DNA of 51,346 bases from a virus (taxonomy: Duplodnaviria > Caudoviricetes): the IMG/VR virus record IMGVR_UViG_3300049259_000157, positions 1 to 51,346 of that record; one strand, given 5' to 3'. Below are positions 1 through 8,884 of the stretch, piece after piece. A program made the translations under genes and the position numbers. Position 1 is the stretch's first letter. Every line of letters starts with the position of its first letter. The notes under the pieces are model-generated. The model made no database searches and was not told where the DNA came from. It saw nothing but the letters and a program-made list of their open reading frames with translations.

Positions 1-127
1 CAAGCATGCGCTCACGCTCGCGCGCCCCAAGCCGGCCTCGCTCCTGCGCCAGGGCGAAGCGTTCGGGCATGCCGCGGTGAGGTCTGCGCGTGCGGCGCGC
101 CGACGCGCGTTGCAGGCCGCGCGCCCC
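1..127. repeat. Terminal direct repeat (127 bp), identical to 51220-51346; circular assembly overlap
   Basis: First 127 nt match the last 127 nt exactly; an ORF reads across the junction. Confidence 0.97.
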
Positions 128-421
128 GAGCCGGGGCGCGGCCATATCGCCAGACTCCTCCGCGCGCCCAAGTGCGTGTGGCGGTGCGCGTTCTGCGGCG
201 CCGAGCCGCTGTTTCGTCATACGCGAGAAGGCGCGCACGGCACTGACGAAGGCACGAGCTACCGCGTAGCGTTCTACGACCTGGTCGACGCCGTGTGCCC
301 TCGCGGATCGTGCACCGAGCATGACGCCGCGCCGATCGAGCTGCGCTGGCGCCACGTTGATCACGCCGAGCCGAGCTGCGCGCACGGCGTCCAGTGCTGG
401 TGCGAGGACGCGCCGCAATGA
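1..421 (+). CDS. Cys/His-rich hypothetical protein, 3' part (gene starts at GTG 51197 and crosses the circular junction)
   Basis: GTG at 51197 overlaps the upstream TGA (GTGA) and is in frame with the 77..421 ORF (MSTHVEYIKHALTLARPKP...CAFCGAEP...CAHGVQCWC). Confidence 0.75.
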   Translation, partial: KHALTLARPKPASLLRQGEAFGHAAVRSARAARRRALQAARPEPGRGHIARLLRAPKCVWRCAFCGAEPLFRHTREGAHGTDEGTSYRVAFYDLVDAVCPRGSCTEHDAAPIELRWRHVDHAEPSCAHGVQCWCEDAPQ

Positions 422-636
422 AGCTCTGGCTCGTGACCGTCATCGACAAGGAGCTCGCCGGCGAGCCGCACATAGGCGTGGTGATCGTCGAGGGCAACGT
501 CGCAGCCGCGGTGCGCGCGGTCGAGGATCTCGAGCGCGCCTGCATGGATGGCGGCCGCCGGCGGTGCGTCGGCAGCTACCGCGAGATCATTCGCGGCAAG
601 CAGTACCGCGCGAAGGCGCTGATCCGCACCGGCTGA
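418..636 (+). CDS. Hypothetical protein (MKLWLVTVIDKELAGEPHIG...)
   Basis: ATGA overlap with the upstream stop; GC3-rich codons. Confidence 0.75.
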   Translation: MKLWLVTVIDKELAGEPHIGVVIVEGNVAAAVRAVEDLERACMDGGRRRCVGSYREIIRGKQYRAKALIRTG

Positions 637-641
637 CGGGA

Positions 642-672
642 ACCCACAGGATTATCCACACCCTGTGGGTAA
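642..672. promoter_or_regulatory. Inverted repeat ACCCACAGG/CCTGTGGGT enclosing a perfect DnaA box TTATCCACA (652-660)
   Basis: Read directly; a second 1-mismatch box (TTACCCACA) lies on the minus strand at 664-672. Confidence 0.6.
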
Positions 673-711
673 CCAGCTTGCACGGCGCGCTGTCCTGTGC
701 GACCACGTGGC

Positions 712-951
712 ATGCCCAATCAGGCCCTCGAAACCGTCATCGTCATGGTCAACAACGAAACCAACAGCATCGCCGTCACGGTGACCACCCTCCGCGATGA
801 GCTGGCCGGCGGAGATCCCCCGAGCCAGGCGCAGCTCGATCAGTTGTCCGCGATCGCCGCCCGGCTGCATGCGATCGCGGCCGATCCGAACGACCCGGTT
901 CCCGTTGCGCCCACGTCGACGGCGACCGCGGTTCCGACGTCGGCGGCCTGA
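712..951 (+). CDS. Small helical hypothetical protein (MPNQALETVIVMVNNETN...)
   Basis: Clean ORF with normal codon bias, converging on 957..2228. Confidence 0.7.
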   Translation: MPNQALETVIVMVNNETNSIAVTVTTLRDELAGGDPPSQAQLDQLSAIAARLHAIAADPNDPVPVAPTSTATAVPTSAA

Positions 952-956
952 GGCTT

Positions 957-2228
957 CTACTCGCCGCCGGAGCCGAGCGCCTTTTTCTTCGGCTGATGCG
1001 GCTTGAACGCCTCGCTCGTATTGATCGAGACGCCGCCAATCTTCGTGATCTCCAGGGTGACGGCGTCGAACACGCCGTCACCTTTTCTCGTTTCCATCTT
1101 GTCCTTGGGTCCCTTGTTCGCGGCGACGACCTCACGCAGCGCGGAGAACGACGTCTTGAGCTCGAACGCGGTCATCGCGCGCTCGGCCCCGTAGCGGCGC
1201 TCCATCACCTGGTAGGCGATCTTGGGATCGACGGTTCGCCACTTTCGCTCGACGCGCTCGATGATGCGCCCGTCGGCCAGCGGGATCGGCCCGGCGACCG
1301 CGCTGATGTTGCAGATCTCCTGCTTGACGCGCGCGAGCGCTTCCTCGATCCGCTCCGCCATCATGAAAACGTCGGCCGCGTTCCGAATGGTGATCGCCTT
1401 GGCATCGAACGCCAGCTTGCCCTCGGGATCGAGCGGACCGACGCCCATCGCGACGAGCTCGGCCGGCACCGAGCGGAGCATCTCGGTTTTGGCCCGACAG
1501 TTCAGATACGCCGGGCAGTAGTCGCAGTGCGCCCCCTCGCGGAGCGGCACGAGACGGCCGGCCTGGAGGTCATCGCGGTAGCCCTCGGCGAGCACGAACG
1601 CGGCGCGCAGCTCGAGGTCGAAGGCGTCAAGGTCCCACGAGTCGACGACGCGCCGCACGCTGTGGTGATCGCCGTCGTCATGGATGTACGTGAGCGAGAC
1701 CTCGACCTCGTCGACGCCATAGATCCGCTGGATGCACAGCGCGCCGAGCATCGTCTGGCCCCACTGGTCGGGCGTGGGGTACTTCGTGTGGCCGCTCTTG
1801 TAGTCGTCGCAGATGCCGCGCACGGCGTCGTGGTAGATGCCGGCGACGTCGATCGTGATGGGGATCTCGGGCCAGACCGGCGGATCCGCGACTCCGCCGT
1901 AGCCGCGGTTGAGGCCACGGCCCAGCACGCGCGCGCCGCCCGTCTGGCAATTCCACGCGAAGGCGACCTCGCAGGTCACCTCGGCGGGCAGGCGATCCAG
2001 GTCGATGCAGCTCAGCATCAGCCGCAGATCCTTGGGCGCGGCCGCGAGCGCGGCGTCGATCCCGATCTCGCGCACCGTCTCGAGAAACTTGTGGATGTCT
2101 TTGCCGCGGTTTCGCGCCGGCTCGGTGCGCGCTTCCTCGGTGTCGTTGATGACGCCAGGCAGCTCGGCGCTGGCGGGGCACTTCCAGAGGCGGTGCACCT
2201 TGGACCCAGTTATTTCGCGGCAGGTCAC
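957..2228 (-). CDS. PD-(D/E)XK exonuclease, Cas4/AddB-like
   Basis: N-terminal KCPAS, IH motif, IDV...DDYKSG nuclease motif, C-terminal HCDYCPAYLNC Cys cluster; same operon as the RecT-like gene. Confidence 0.85.
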   Translation of the reverse strand: MTCREITGSKVHRLWKCPASAELPGVINDTEEARTEPARNRGKDIHKFLETVREIGIDAALAAAPKDLRLMLSCIDLDRLPAEVTCEVAFAWNCQTGGARVLGRGLNRGYGGVADPPVWPEIPITIDVAGIYHDAVRGICDDYKSGHTKYPTPDQWGQTMLGALCIQRIYGVDEVEVSLTYIHDDGDHHSVRRVVDSWDLDAFDLELRAAFVLAEGYRDDLQAGRLVPLREGAHCDYCPAYLNCRAKTEMLRSVPAELVAMGVGPLDPEGKLAFDAKAITIRNAADVFMMAERIEEALARVKQEICNISAVAGPIPLADGRIIERVERKWRTVDPKIAYQVMERRYGAERAMTAFELKTSFSALREVVAANKGPKDKMETRKGDGVFDAVTLEITKIGGVSINTSEAFKPHQPKKKALGSGGE

Positions 2229-2743
2229 GTTGAAGGCTCCGAGCGCTCAATCCGAGGGAGCCCAAGGGCTCGCCGCACCTCTTGCTTCGTGGGGTACCTC
2301 GAAATCCGATCGGTCCAATACGAGGTGACCCAGGCATCGAACCCTGACAGCCCGCATGCCAGGAATCCGAACGGGATATCGTTCGGATGCAGCCAGAGCG
2401 CGGTCAGGTCATAGACAACGAACGCGCCGGAGAATCCGCACCCCTCGCGGATCCCATGGAGCCGCTCCTCGTCCATGCCTTCCGATATCCTGCTTCCCAG
2501 CAGCACGATCCCGTCGGTGCGCTCTACCGTTGCGCAGTCATCGCGCATGCCGTGGCGTCGCTGGTCGTGGTCATGGTCGTCCGCCCCGGCGAGGATCGCG
2601 GCGATCCATGGAGCGATAAACACGGTCTCTGGGAACGTCTTGCGCAACCACGCGAGCCATCGCATAGCGTTTTCGATGTTGGCCTTCACGCCTTCCGGCG
2701 TTGATGCACCGAGCGGATGGGCTACATAGAGCACGAGCGTCAA
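2225..2743 (-). CDS. DUF4406/nucleoside-deoxyribosyltransferase-like fold protein
   Basis: TTG start overlapping the upstream TGA; LYVAHP...NIENA...FIAPW...DGIVLLGSRISEGMDEE pattern. Confidence 0.65.
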   Translation of the reverse strand: MTLVLYVAHPLGASTPEGVKANIENAMRWLAWLRKTFPETVFIAPWIAAILAGADDHDHDQRRHGMRDDCATVERTDGIVLLGSRISEGMDEERLHGIREGCGFSGAFVVYDLTALWLHPNDIPFGFLACGLSGFDAWVTSYWTDRISRYPTKQEVRRALGLPRIERSEPST

Positions 2744-2970
2744 GGCGTCACCTCGAGCTCGCGGTCGACGGCGCTGGCGAATACGCCATAGGCGTATGCC
2801 GCCGATCGCAGGTCCGCCGACGTCGTCGCGTTCGCCGCGGCGCCATACGCGATCGCGGCACCGCGCAGCCGACGGTCGAGCTCGAACAGCCGGTCGACCA
2901 CGGATACCGCGATCGCGGGTGGCGGCCACGCGACGTCGGCGACCACCTCCATCTTGACGGTACGCGTCAC
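2740..2970 (-). CDS. Hypothetical protein
   Basis: 4-nt overlaps with both neighbours. Confidence 0.65.
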   Translation of the reverse strand: MTRTVKMEVVADVAWPPPAIAVSVVDRLFELDRRLRGAAIAYGAAANATTSADLRSAAYAYGVFASAVDRELEVTP

Positions 2971-4202
2971 TTGGTGAGCTCCGTCATGCGCTTCGCATAC
3001 GCCTGCTGCATGGCGGCTGCTTCAGGGCTGCCCGATGCGATCCCACTTTCGTCGGTCTGCGCCCACGCGCGCCATCCCGCCTTGCCGCGGCGGAGGTCGG
3101 CTTCGGTGGCGCACGACGAGACCCACGTGTAGTAGTCGGCCAGCGTCTTGGGCGGCGGCGTCGCGTCACGCGGATCGTCCTCGTAGAAGTCATCGCCGCC
3201 GGCACCATGGGGCGTCGCGGCAGGGCTCGACTCCGATGCGGTCGACGCTGAGCTCGAGGTCGGCGCCGGCGAAGTAGGGCGCGACTTAGCGAGCTCCTCG
3301 CGCACGTCGGCCGGAACGGAGCCGGGAAAGGGAGCCGCCGTCGAGGCCGCTGGGGCGGCGGTTGACGATGTCACGGAGGGCGCAGGAGCGCTCGTCGCGC
3401 CCGACGACGAATCGCCGGATGTCGGGCGCGACGTAGGGACCTCGGTCGACTTGGCATCGATCGGCTTGGCGGCCGCGCGAGGCTTCGCCGCCGCGGTGGC
3501 GGGCTTGGCCGGCTCGGCCGCGGCAACCTGAACCTGCGCCGGTCGGGCGACGTCGGGCAGCGGGCCCGGCGTGACGTTGATGATAGGCGAGCTCGCGTCC
3601 GGCATGCCGTCGTTGGCCTCTTCCAGCGTCAGCAGGCCCGCCATGACGTCGGGCCACACCAGCCGGCACAGCTCGGCGCCGGCGCGCGCGAGCAGCATGT
3701 TCTCGGGGAACTTCATCCACATCCCCGGGCCGCCGTCGCGGTTCGTCTTGATGAGGCCGGCACGCTTCGCGCGCTCGATCGTCCAGGTGACGCTTTTTTC
3801 CGGGCGCCCGCGGCGCTTGCCTACCCAGGTCGCGCGCGTCTCGGTCGACTCGATGAACTCGAGGTATTCGCAGAGCGGAGAGCTGAGGATGAGGCCGCGA
3901 ACGCCCTCGGAGCTGAGTCGCGGCACCCCCTCGATCAGGTGGTAGCTCCGCAGCGCCGCCATCGGCGCGATGCCGAGCTCGGCGCCCGACATGATCACGA
4001 TCGCCATGTCCTGCGGCTTGTCCTTGTACGCCTTGGGCACCAGGTCGGACAATGTGAGCGCAGAGCACATGGCCTGCACCTGGACGAAGTTGGTGGGCAC
4101 GATGGGGAGCGGCCGCGATGCGCCGACCTCCATGCCGTCGCGTACTTGCATCAGCTGTTGGTTGCGCGTGGTGAGAGCTGTTTCCTGTGGCTGCGTCGTC
4201 AT
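2967..4202 (-). CDS. RecT-like single-strand annealing protein with a low-complexity linker
   Basis: LVPKAYKDKPQD...GAELGIAPMAAL...IEGVPRL and WMKFPENMLLARA...WPDVMAGL motifs; AGGAG RBS upstream. Confidence 0.85.
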   Translation of the reverse strand: MTTQPQETALTTRNQQLMQVRDGMEVGASRPLPIVPTNFVQVQAMCSALTLSDLVPKAYKDKPQDMAIVIMSGAELGIAPMAALRSYHLIEGVPRLSSEGVRGLILSSPLCEYLEFIESTETRATWVGKRRGRPEKSVTWTIERAKRAGLIKTNRDGGPGMWMKFPENMLLARAGAELCRLVWPDVMAGLLTLEEANDGMPDASSPIINVTPGPLPDVARPAQVQVAAAEPAKPATAAAKPRAAAKPIDAKSTEVPTSRPTSGDSSSGATSAPAPSVTSSTAAPAASTAAPFPGSVPADVREELAKSRPTSPAPTSSSASTASESSPAATPHGAGGDDFYEDDPRDATPPPKTLADYYTWVSSCATEADLRRGKAGWRAWAQTDESGIASGSPEAAAMQQAYAKRMTELTK

Positions 4203-4227
4203 CTGCGATGGCTCCTAGGCGCCCAAA

Positions 4228-4259
4228 TTGACAGGGGCGCACAGATTCTGTACTACTTT
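4228..4259 (+). promoter_or_regulatory. Sigma70-like promoter in a divergent intergenic region, with an overlapping ACAG-ATT-CTGT inverted repeat (4241-4251)
   Basis: TTGACA at 4228-4233, 17-nt spacer, AT-rich TACTACTTT. Confidence 0.6.
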
Positions 4260-4265
4260 TCTAGA

Positions 4266-4514
4266 ATGAGCGGCAAGCCGTTACCCAGACCACCGGCGCC
4301 GCAACGGCGGCTGCCGACGAAAATGGAAGCCTGGTACCTCGACTGCCTGACGAGGTGGACCAGCTACTACAAGCGGGCGCCGAAGATCTCGGAGCTCGCG
4401 GCCTACTGCGACAGGAGCAACACCGCGGTTCACTCGGCGCTGATCTCGCTCCTCAACAAGGGGCACGTCATCCAGAACACGGACCGCAGGTTCGAGCCCC
4501 GCGGAGCATCGTGA
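4266..4514 (+). CDS. Winged-HTH protein resembling the LexA DNA-binding domain (no peptidase domain)
   Basis: APKISELAAYCDRSNTAVHSALISLLNKGHV matches the LexA N-domain pattern; 82 aa. Confidence 0.7.
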   Translation: MSGKPLPRPPAPQRRLPTKMEAWYLDCLTRWTSYYKRAPKISELAAYCDRSNTAVHSALISLLNKGHVIQNTDRRFEPRGAS

Positions 4515-5701
4515 CCCGGCTCGACAAGGATGCGGTGCTCGCCGCGTTGCGAGCCGAGGACGTCGCGTCCCACATCGGGATCAAGGGCACGTGGCGCGGG
4601 CTGTGGATGCGGTCGCGCCGCTGCGCCGAGACCGACCACCCCACGGACTGCTTCGGGATCAAGCGCGACGGCCACTGGCACTGCTGGAGCTGCGACAAGG
4701 GCGGGGATCTCCTTGGCCTGGTCGCGCTCGCCGCGGGGCTGAATCTCAGCTCCGACTTCCCGCGGGTGCTCGCCGCCGCGGCCGAGATCGCCGGGCTCGA
4801 CGACGACGATTCGTTCGGCGCGCCGGCGCCCAAGCGGCCGAGGCCCGAGCTACCGCCCGAGATCCCGATCGAGCAGCGGATCGCCACCGCCCGCAAGCGC
4901 GCCGCGTGGACCTGGGATCGGCTGCACGACGGCGCGAACAGCACGCTCGTCCGCATGTACCTCGAGATGCGCGGCCTCGATCCGGACGCTGTGCAGCGCC
5001 GCGAGACGCTGCGCTCGACGCCGCTCAAGCTCGACAAGCCGACCGAGCAGGGCGACCTCTACACGCTGTGGCGCACCATGCGCCCGCTGTCCCTGGTCAT
5101 CCCCGTCCGCTCCGTCGTCGACGGCGCGTTCGTCGATCTGCGGGCCCGCCGTGTCGAGCCCGAGGAAGGCCAGCCGAAGATCGTCGGCATGGTGGGCGGC
5201 GTGACGACGTCGCCGGCGATGGGCGCGAAGTCCCGCGAGCTCGTCGGCTGCTACGGGGTGCCCAACATCATCTTCGGCGACCTGGTCGTCGTGGTCGAGG
5301 GCGCCCTTGACTACCTGACCGGGCTGCAGCTCTGGCCCAACGCGCAGATCCTCGGCGCGACCGAGGCGGGATCGTTCTCGCTGGTCGCCAAGCTCGTCGC
5401 CCAGCAGCTCGCGTGGCAGGACGACGACTCGAGGCTGCTCATCGTCGAGCAGGCCGACCCGCCACGGACGCTGCGCGACGGGTCGACAGTCGCCGGCGCG
5501 GCCGATGGCGCGATCAACGAGGACCCGAACGCGGCCGCGAAGGTCGCGCTGCGGCACCTCGGCCCCAAGCGCGTCGGGTGGCTGTACTGCGGCAGGCCCC
5601 AGCACCCTGGGTGCAAGGATCTGAACGACCTGCTGCGTATCGAGGGCGAGGATTGTGTTCGCGACGCTGTGACATGGTCAAGCCTCGCGAGCGAGGGGTG
5701 A
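4511..5701 (+). CDS. DNA primase (CHC2-like zinc finger + TOPRIM)
   Basis: C...H...WHCWSCDKGGDLL zinc finger; VVVVEGALDYL TOPRIM; KDLNDLL; GTG start overlapping the upstream stop. Confidence 0.88.
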   Translation: MTRLDKDAVLAALRAEDVASHIGIKGTWRGLWMRSRRCAETDHPTDCFGIKRDGHWHCWSCDKGGDLLGLVALAAGLNLSSDFPRVLAAAAEIAGLDDDDSFGAPAPKRPRPELPPEIPIEQRIATARKRAAWTWDRLHDGANSTLVRMYLEMRGLDPDAVQRRETLRSTPLKLDKPTEQGDLYTLWRTMRPLSLVIPVRSVVDGAFVDLRARRVEPEEGQPKIVGMVGGVTTSPAMGAKSRELVGCYGVPNIIFGDLVVVVEGALDYLTGLQLWPNAQILGATEAGSFSLVAKLVAQQLAWQDDDSRLLIVEQADPPRTLRDGSTVAGAADGAINEDPNAAAKVALRHLGPKRVGWLYCGRPQHPGCKDLNDLLRIEGEDCVRDAVTWSSLASEG

Positions 5702-7014
5702 TGCCGGCGGAGCAAGACGACGAGGAGTTCGGCGCTCCGGCGCGCCCAGCCGACGTCATCCCGTTCCCGCAGATCCGGGCCAACCCCAAGGTCACCGACG
5801 CCTGGAGCTCGGCGGTCGTCGCGCTCAACAAGAAGCAGGCGACGAGCTACCAGTTCCTGAACCCGCTGACCGTGGTGGACCTGGTCATGCAGCAGCGCTC
5901 GCTGCCTCCCATGTTCTGGCCCGCGGCGTGGCCGGAGTCGGGCCGCCGGATGCGCACCTACCCCGGCGACATGGTCGGCGTGGTCGGATCGCAGGGCGGC
6001 GGCAAGACGAGCTACGCGATCCAGATCTGCATCGCGAACACCGCCGAGGGTACGCCTGTCATATGGGCGGCCCTCGAGCTCGACCCGGGCCAGATCTCGG
6101 TGCGCATCGCCGCGAACATGCACCGCGTGCACGCCATGGTGGTGCGCGACAGCTGGCCCCGCGCACGGCTCGACCGCGCGATGGTCACGGTCGCCGACCT
6201 GTGGCACTTCATCGACCGCTACCGCGACGCCGAGAAACAGATCGCGGCGATCCGGCACGCGGTCGGCGTATGCTGGGAAATCTACCGGCGCCCGCCCGTG
6301 GTGGTCGTCGACCACGTTGGCAAGCTGGCGAACGACGCGCGCGACATCCAGTCGGGCACGCGGTTCGCGCTCGAAGCGCTCCGCGAGCTGACCGTGGAGG
6401 GTCGCTGCTACACGCTGGCGCTCTCGCAGGGATCGCGCGCCAACCAGGCGACGCTGACGGGCAAGATGGACCACGCGTCGGCGACCGATGCGCTCGGGGT
6501 AGCCGCCGACTCGAAGTCGTTCGAGGACGATTGCGCCAACGTCGTCGCGCTGGCCTTGTTCAAGCGCGATGACGCCACCGAGCTCGATTCGCATGCGCTG
6601 ATCGGCAAGGCCCGCTGGACCGGGCTTGAGGACAAGGTGGGCATGCGGTTCTGGAAGGCGGGCGGGTTCTGGGGCGAGCTCGGCTACCTGCCCAGCTCGC
6701 CCACGGAGATCGCGCAGAAGCACGCGGCCGAGCTCAAAGACAAGCACCGCGCCGGGCCCGCGCCGTCGCTCCCCCAGGTCCGCGCCGACCTCAACGCGGC
6801 CCGCGCCGGTGACGCGGCGGCCATGCGGCGATCGCTGATTCTCGAGGCCCTGCTGCGCCACGGCCAGCTCGGCATGGAGATCGGCCAGGTCAGGACGATT
6901 CGCGGCGCTGGGCGAGGCCCCGCGCTACAGCAAGCACTCCAGGAGCTCGAACGCGCCGGCTCCGCGGAGCGCATCCCCGGCAACAAGTGGCGCGCGATAG
7001 CGAGGATGGAATGA
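5701..7014 (+). CDS. DnaB/RecA-fold replicative helicase with a C-terminal wHTH
   Basis: Walker A GSQGGGKTS, ALELD, Walker B VVVVDH, LALSQ, KARW; follows the primase. Confidence 0.85.
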   Translation: MPAEQDDEEFGAPARPADVIPFPQIRANPKVTDAWSSAVVALNKKQATSYQFLNPLTVVDLVMQQRSLPPMFWPAAWPESGRRMRTYPGDMVGVVGSQGGGKTSYAIQICIANTAEGTPVIWAALELDPGQISVRIAANMHRVHAMVVRDSWPRARLDRAMVTVADLWHFIDRYRDAEKQIAAIRHAVGVCWEIYRRPPVVVVDHVGKLANDARDIQSGTRFALEALRELTVEGRCYTLALSQGSRANQATLTGKMDHASATDALGVAADSKSFEDDCANVVALALFKRDDATELDSHALIGKARWTGLEDKVGMRFWKAGGFWGELGYLPSSPTEIAQKHAAELKDKHRAGPAPSLPQVRADLNAARAGDAAAMRRSLILEALLRHGQLGMEIGQVRTIRGAGRGPALQQALQELERAGSAERIPGNKWRAIARME

Positions 7015-7039
7015 GCGAATCCTGCGGTCCGGCCCGCCG

Positions 7040-7234
7040 ATGAGCTCGCTACCGCGCGGCGCGCGCCGGCTGTGGTGGGCGACGCCACCGAGCAGCCTCG
7101 TGCACGCCATCCATGACCAGGCCGATCGCGAGGTCCCACGCGAGGCCATGCAGTCGGACACGCGGCGCCGCAAGGTCGCCAACGCTTTCTATCGGCTGCT
7201 CAAAGAGGCAGGCATCTACGTCGAGGGCGCGTAG
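7040..7234 (+). CDS. Small hypothetical protein
   Basis: ORF between helicase and beta-helix gene. Confidence 0.55.
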   Translation: MSSLPRGARRLWWATPPSSLVHAIHDQADREVPREAMQSDTRRRKVANAFYRLLKEAGIYVEGA

Positions 7235-7282
7235 CCCATCAACAATCCGCACGCACGGTCGACCCACACCAGACAGGAACCC

Positions 7283-8620
7283 ATGAGCGACACCACAGAT
7301 CTCCAGGCAATCATCAACGCGATCACGTCGCCGACGTTCGTGCTCCGGCTCGACCCGGGTCGGACCTATGTCATAGAGCCCGGCCCCAACACCACACGCG
7401 GGCTGTACATCCCGCCGTCTGCGGCCGGCTTGCGGATCATCGGACGCGGCGCGGCGTTCTCCGTGGTCCGCGGCGTTCCTGCCGCGTTCAACACCATCGT
7501 GGTCGATGCGCCAGGGGTCGTCGTCTGCGACCTCGACCTCGAAGGCGGCGTCCAGCCGGATGGTACAGGACACCGGCACGGCGTATTCGTCAGCGCGCCA
7601 TCGGTGACGCTTGAGCGGGTGTCAGCGTCGCTGCACGAAGGCGATGGAATCGTCCTCTACACGGGTGCCGATGACGCACAGATCAGGTCGTGCAAAGCGC
7701 GCGGCAACAAGCGAAACGGACTGACGTTCAACGGTGCGACGCGGCACGTAACCGTACAGGACAGCGAATTCGCGGCGAACGCCGCTCAGCAGGTCGACTT
7801 CGAGATCGGAGTGGGCGCACCCGAGTCGGCCGGGGTGGTCGACTCGACGCTCCTGCGCTGCACGATGAGTCCAGGGCCCAGCCAGGACTACGTGTTGACG
7901 CTCGGCGACCACGGCATGAACCAGCGCGTGCTCGACTGCGTCATCAACGGCGGCATCAAGATCGTCAACGGGACCGACATCGAGATCAGTCGGTGCAGAG
8001 GCGACAACGAGACCGCGAAGGCGATCGAGATCACCGGCGCGAGCGACAAGGTTCGCATCCTCGACAGCCAGTTCTCGGCGCTCGTCGCCAAGCGCGCGAT
8101 CTGGATCGCCGGCGGGACGGGCGGGGTTCCGGGCCGAATCGAGCTTAACGATCTCGGGCTGTCAGTGCACGACGTCGGCGCCTGCGCGATCGAGATCAAC
8201 GGTGCGGCCGACACCGTGATCTCGCAATGCCAGCTGCAGGGCGCCGGCGTTCCGGTGGCCGGCCGCGGCGGCGTGATGATCCGTTCGACGCTCATGGATC
8301 ACCCGATGGAGACGGTCAAGATCGACTCGACCTCGTTCGACTCGTTCGGCGAGGCCGGGATCGTAGTCGGAGGGATTACCGCGGTCGACAGCGCCGGCGT
8401 GCGCCACTACTCGCAGCTTCGCCGGCTCGTCGTGTCGGAGTGCGACTTCGGCAACAACCCGGGCGACGCCTCGCTGACCACCGCGATCCTCGCCGACCGG
8501 ACCTTGCTGCAGCTGGTGATCGGCCCTGACATCACGCTCGAGGGCGGCGTCACGCTGGGCGGCGTGCCATCCATCGGCGCCGGATGGGCGACAACCACGG
8601 TTGTTGTGCCGCAGCCGTAG
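7283..8620 (+). CDS. Right-handed parallel beta-helix (pectate-lyase-like) protein, possible polysaccharide depolymerase
   Basis: N-terminal DTTDLQAIIN...LDPGRTY; repeated GDGIVL / RNGLTF / VTVQDSEFAAN beta-helix rungs; AGGA RBS. Confidence 0.85.
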   Translation: MSDTTDLQAIINAITSPTFVLRLDPGRTYVIEPGPNTTRGLYIPPSAAGLRIIGRGAAFSVVRGVPAAFNTIVVDAPGVVVCDLDLEGGVQPDGTGHRHGVFVSAPSVTLERVSASLHEGDGIVLYTGADDAQIRSCKARGNKRNGLTFNGATRHVTVQDSEFAANAAQQVDFEIGVGAPESAGVVDSTLLRCTMSPGPSQDYVLTLGDHGMNQRVLDCVINGGIKIVNGTDIEISRCRGDNETAKAIEITGASDKVRILDSQFSALVAKRAIWIAGGTGGVPGRIELNDLGLSVHDVGACAIEINGAADTVISQCQLQGAGVPVAGRGGVMIRSTLMDHPMETVKIDSTSFDSFGEAGIVVGGITAVDSAGVRHYSQLRRLVVSECDFGNNPGDASLTTAILADRTLLQLVIGPDITLEGGVTLGGVPSIGAGWATTTVVVPQP

Positions 8621-8621
8621 G

Positions 8622-8801
8622 CTACAGCCCGCCCCGGCCGTAGCCGCGCACCGGGCCGCGCGCGGGGTTGATCGTCCGGTAGTCCTCGAGCTCGAGGCGC
8701 TTGCGGTCGCGGATGATCTCGATCTGGCGCTGGGTCGGGCGGCCCGGGAACGGCGAGACCCAGAGCGCGGTATTCGCGGGCGGCGGCATTGCAGAGGCCA
8801 T
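8622..8801 (-). CDS. 59-aa basic hypothetical protein, not in the ORF track (MASAMPPPANTALWVSPFPGRPTQRQIEIIRDRKRLELEDYRTINPARGPVRGYGRGGL)
   Basis: Translated by hand; strong GC3 bias; fills the gap between convergent genes. Confidence 0.6.
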   Translation of the reverse strand: MASAMPPPANTALWVSPFPGRPTQRQIEIIRDRKRLELEDYRTINPARGPVRGYGRGGL

Positions 8802-8826
8802 GCGCCCAGGCTACCAGGAAGCAGCC

Positions 8827-8861
8827 GGGGGCCGGGATCGATGAGCGCGATCCCGGCCCCC
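8827..8861. terminator. 14-bp perfect stem-loop downstream of the receiver gene
   Basis: GGGGGCCGGGATCG-N7-CGATCCCGGCCCCC; no clear U-tract. Confidence 0.5.
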
Positions 8862-8884
8862 ATCGCACGCAGCCCCCGCAGCTC

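Noticed and set aside
1-127. 127-bp terminal repeat as a biological phage terminus
   Set aside because: Length equals a common assembler k-mer and the repeat falls inside a gene; best read as a circular-assembly overlap
957-2228. Cas4-like nuclease as part of a CRISPR-Cas system
   Set aside because: No other cas genes or repeat-spacer array seen; its RecT-like neighbour indicates a recombination exonuclease
4266-4514. Full LexA/CI self-cleaving repressor
   Set aside because: Only the DNA-binding domain is present; no S24 peptidase domain
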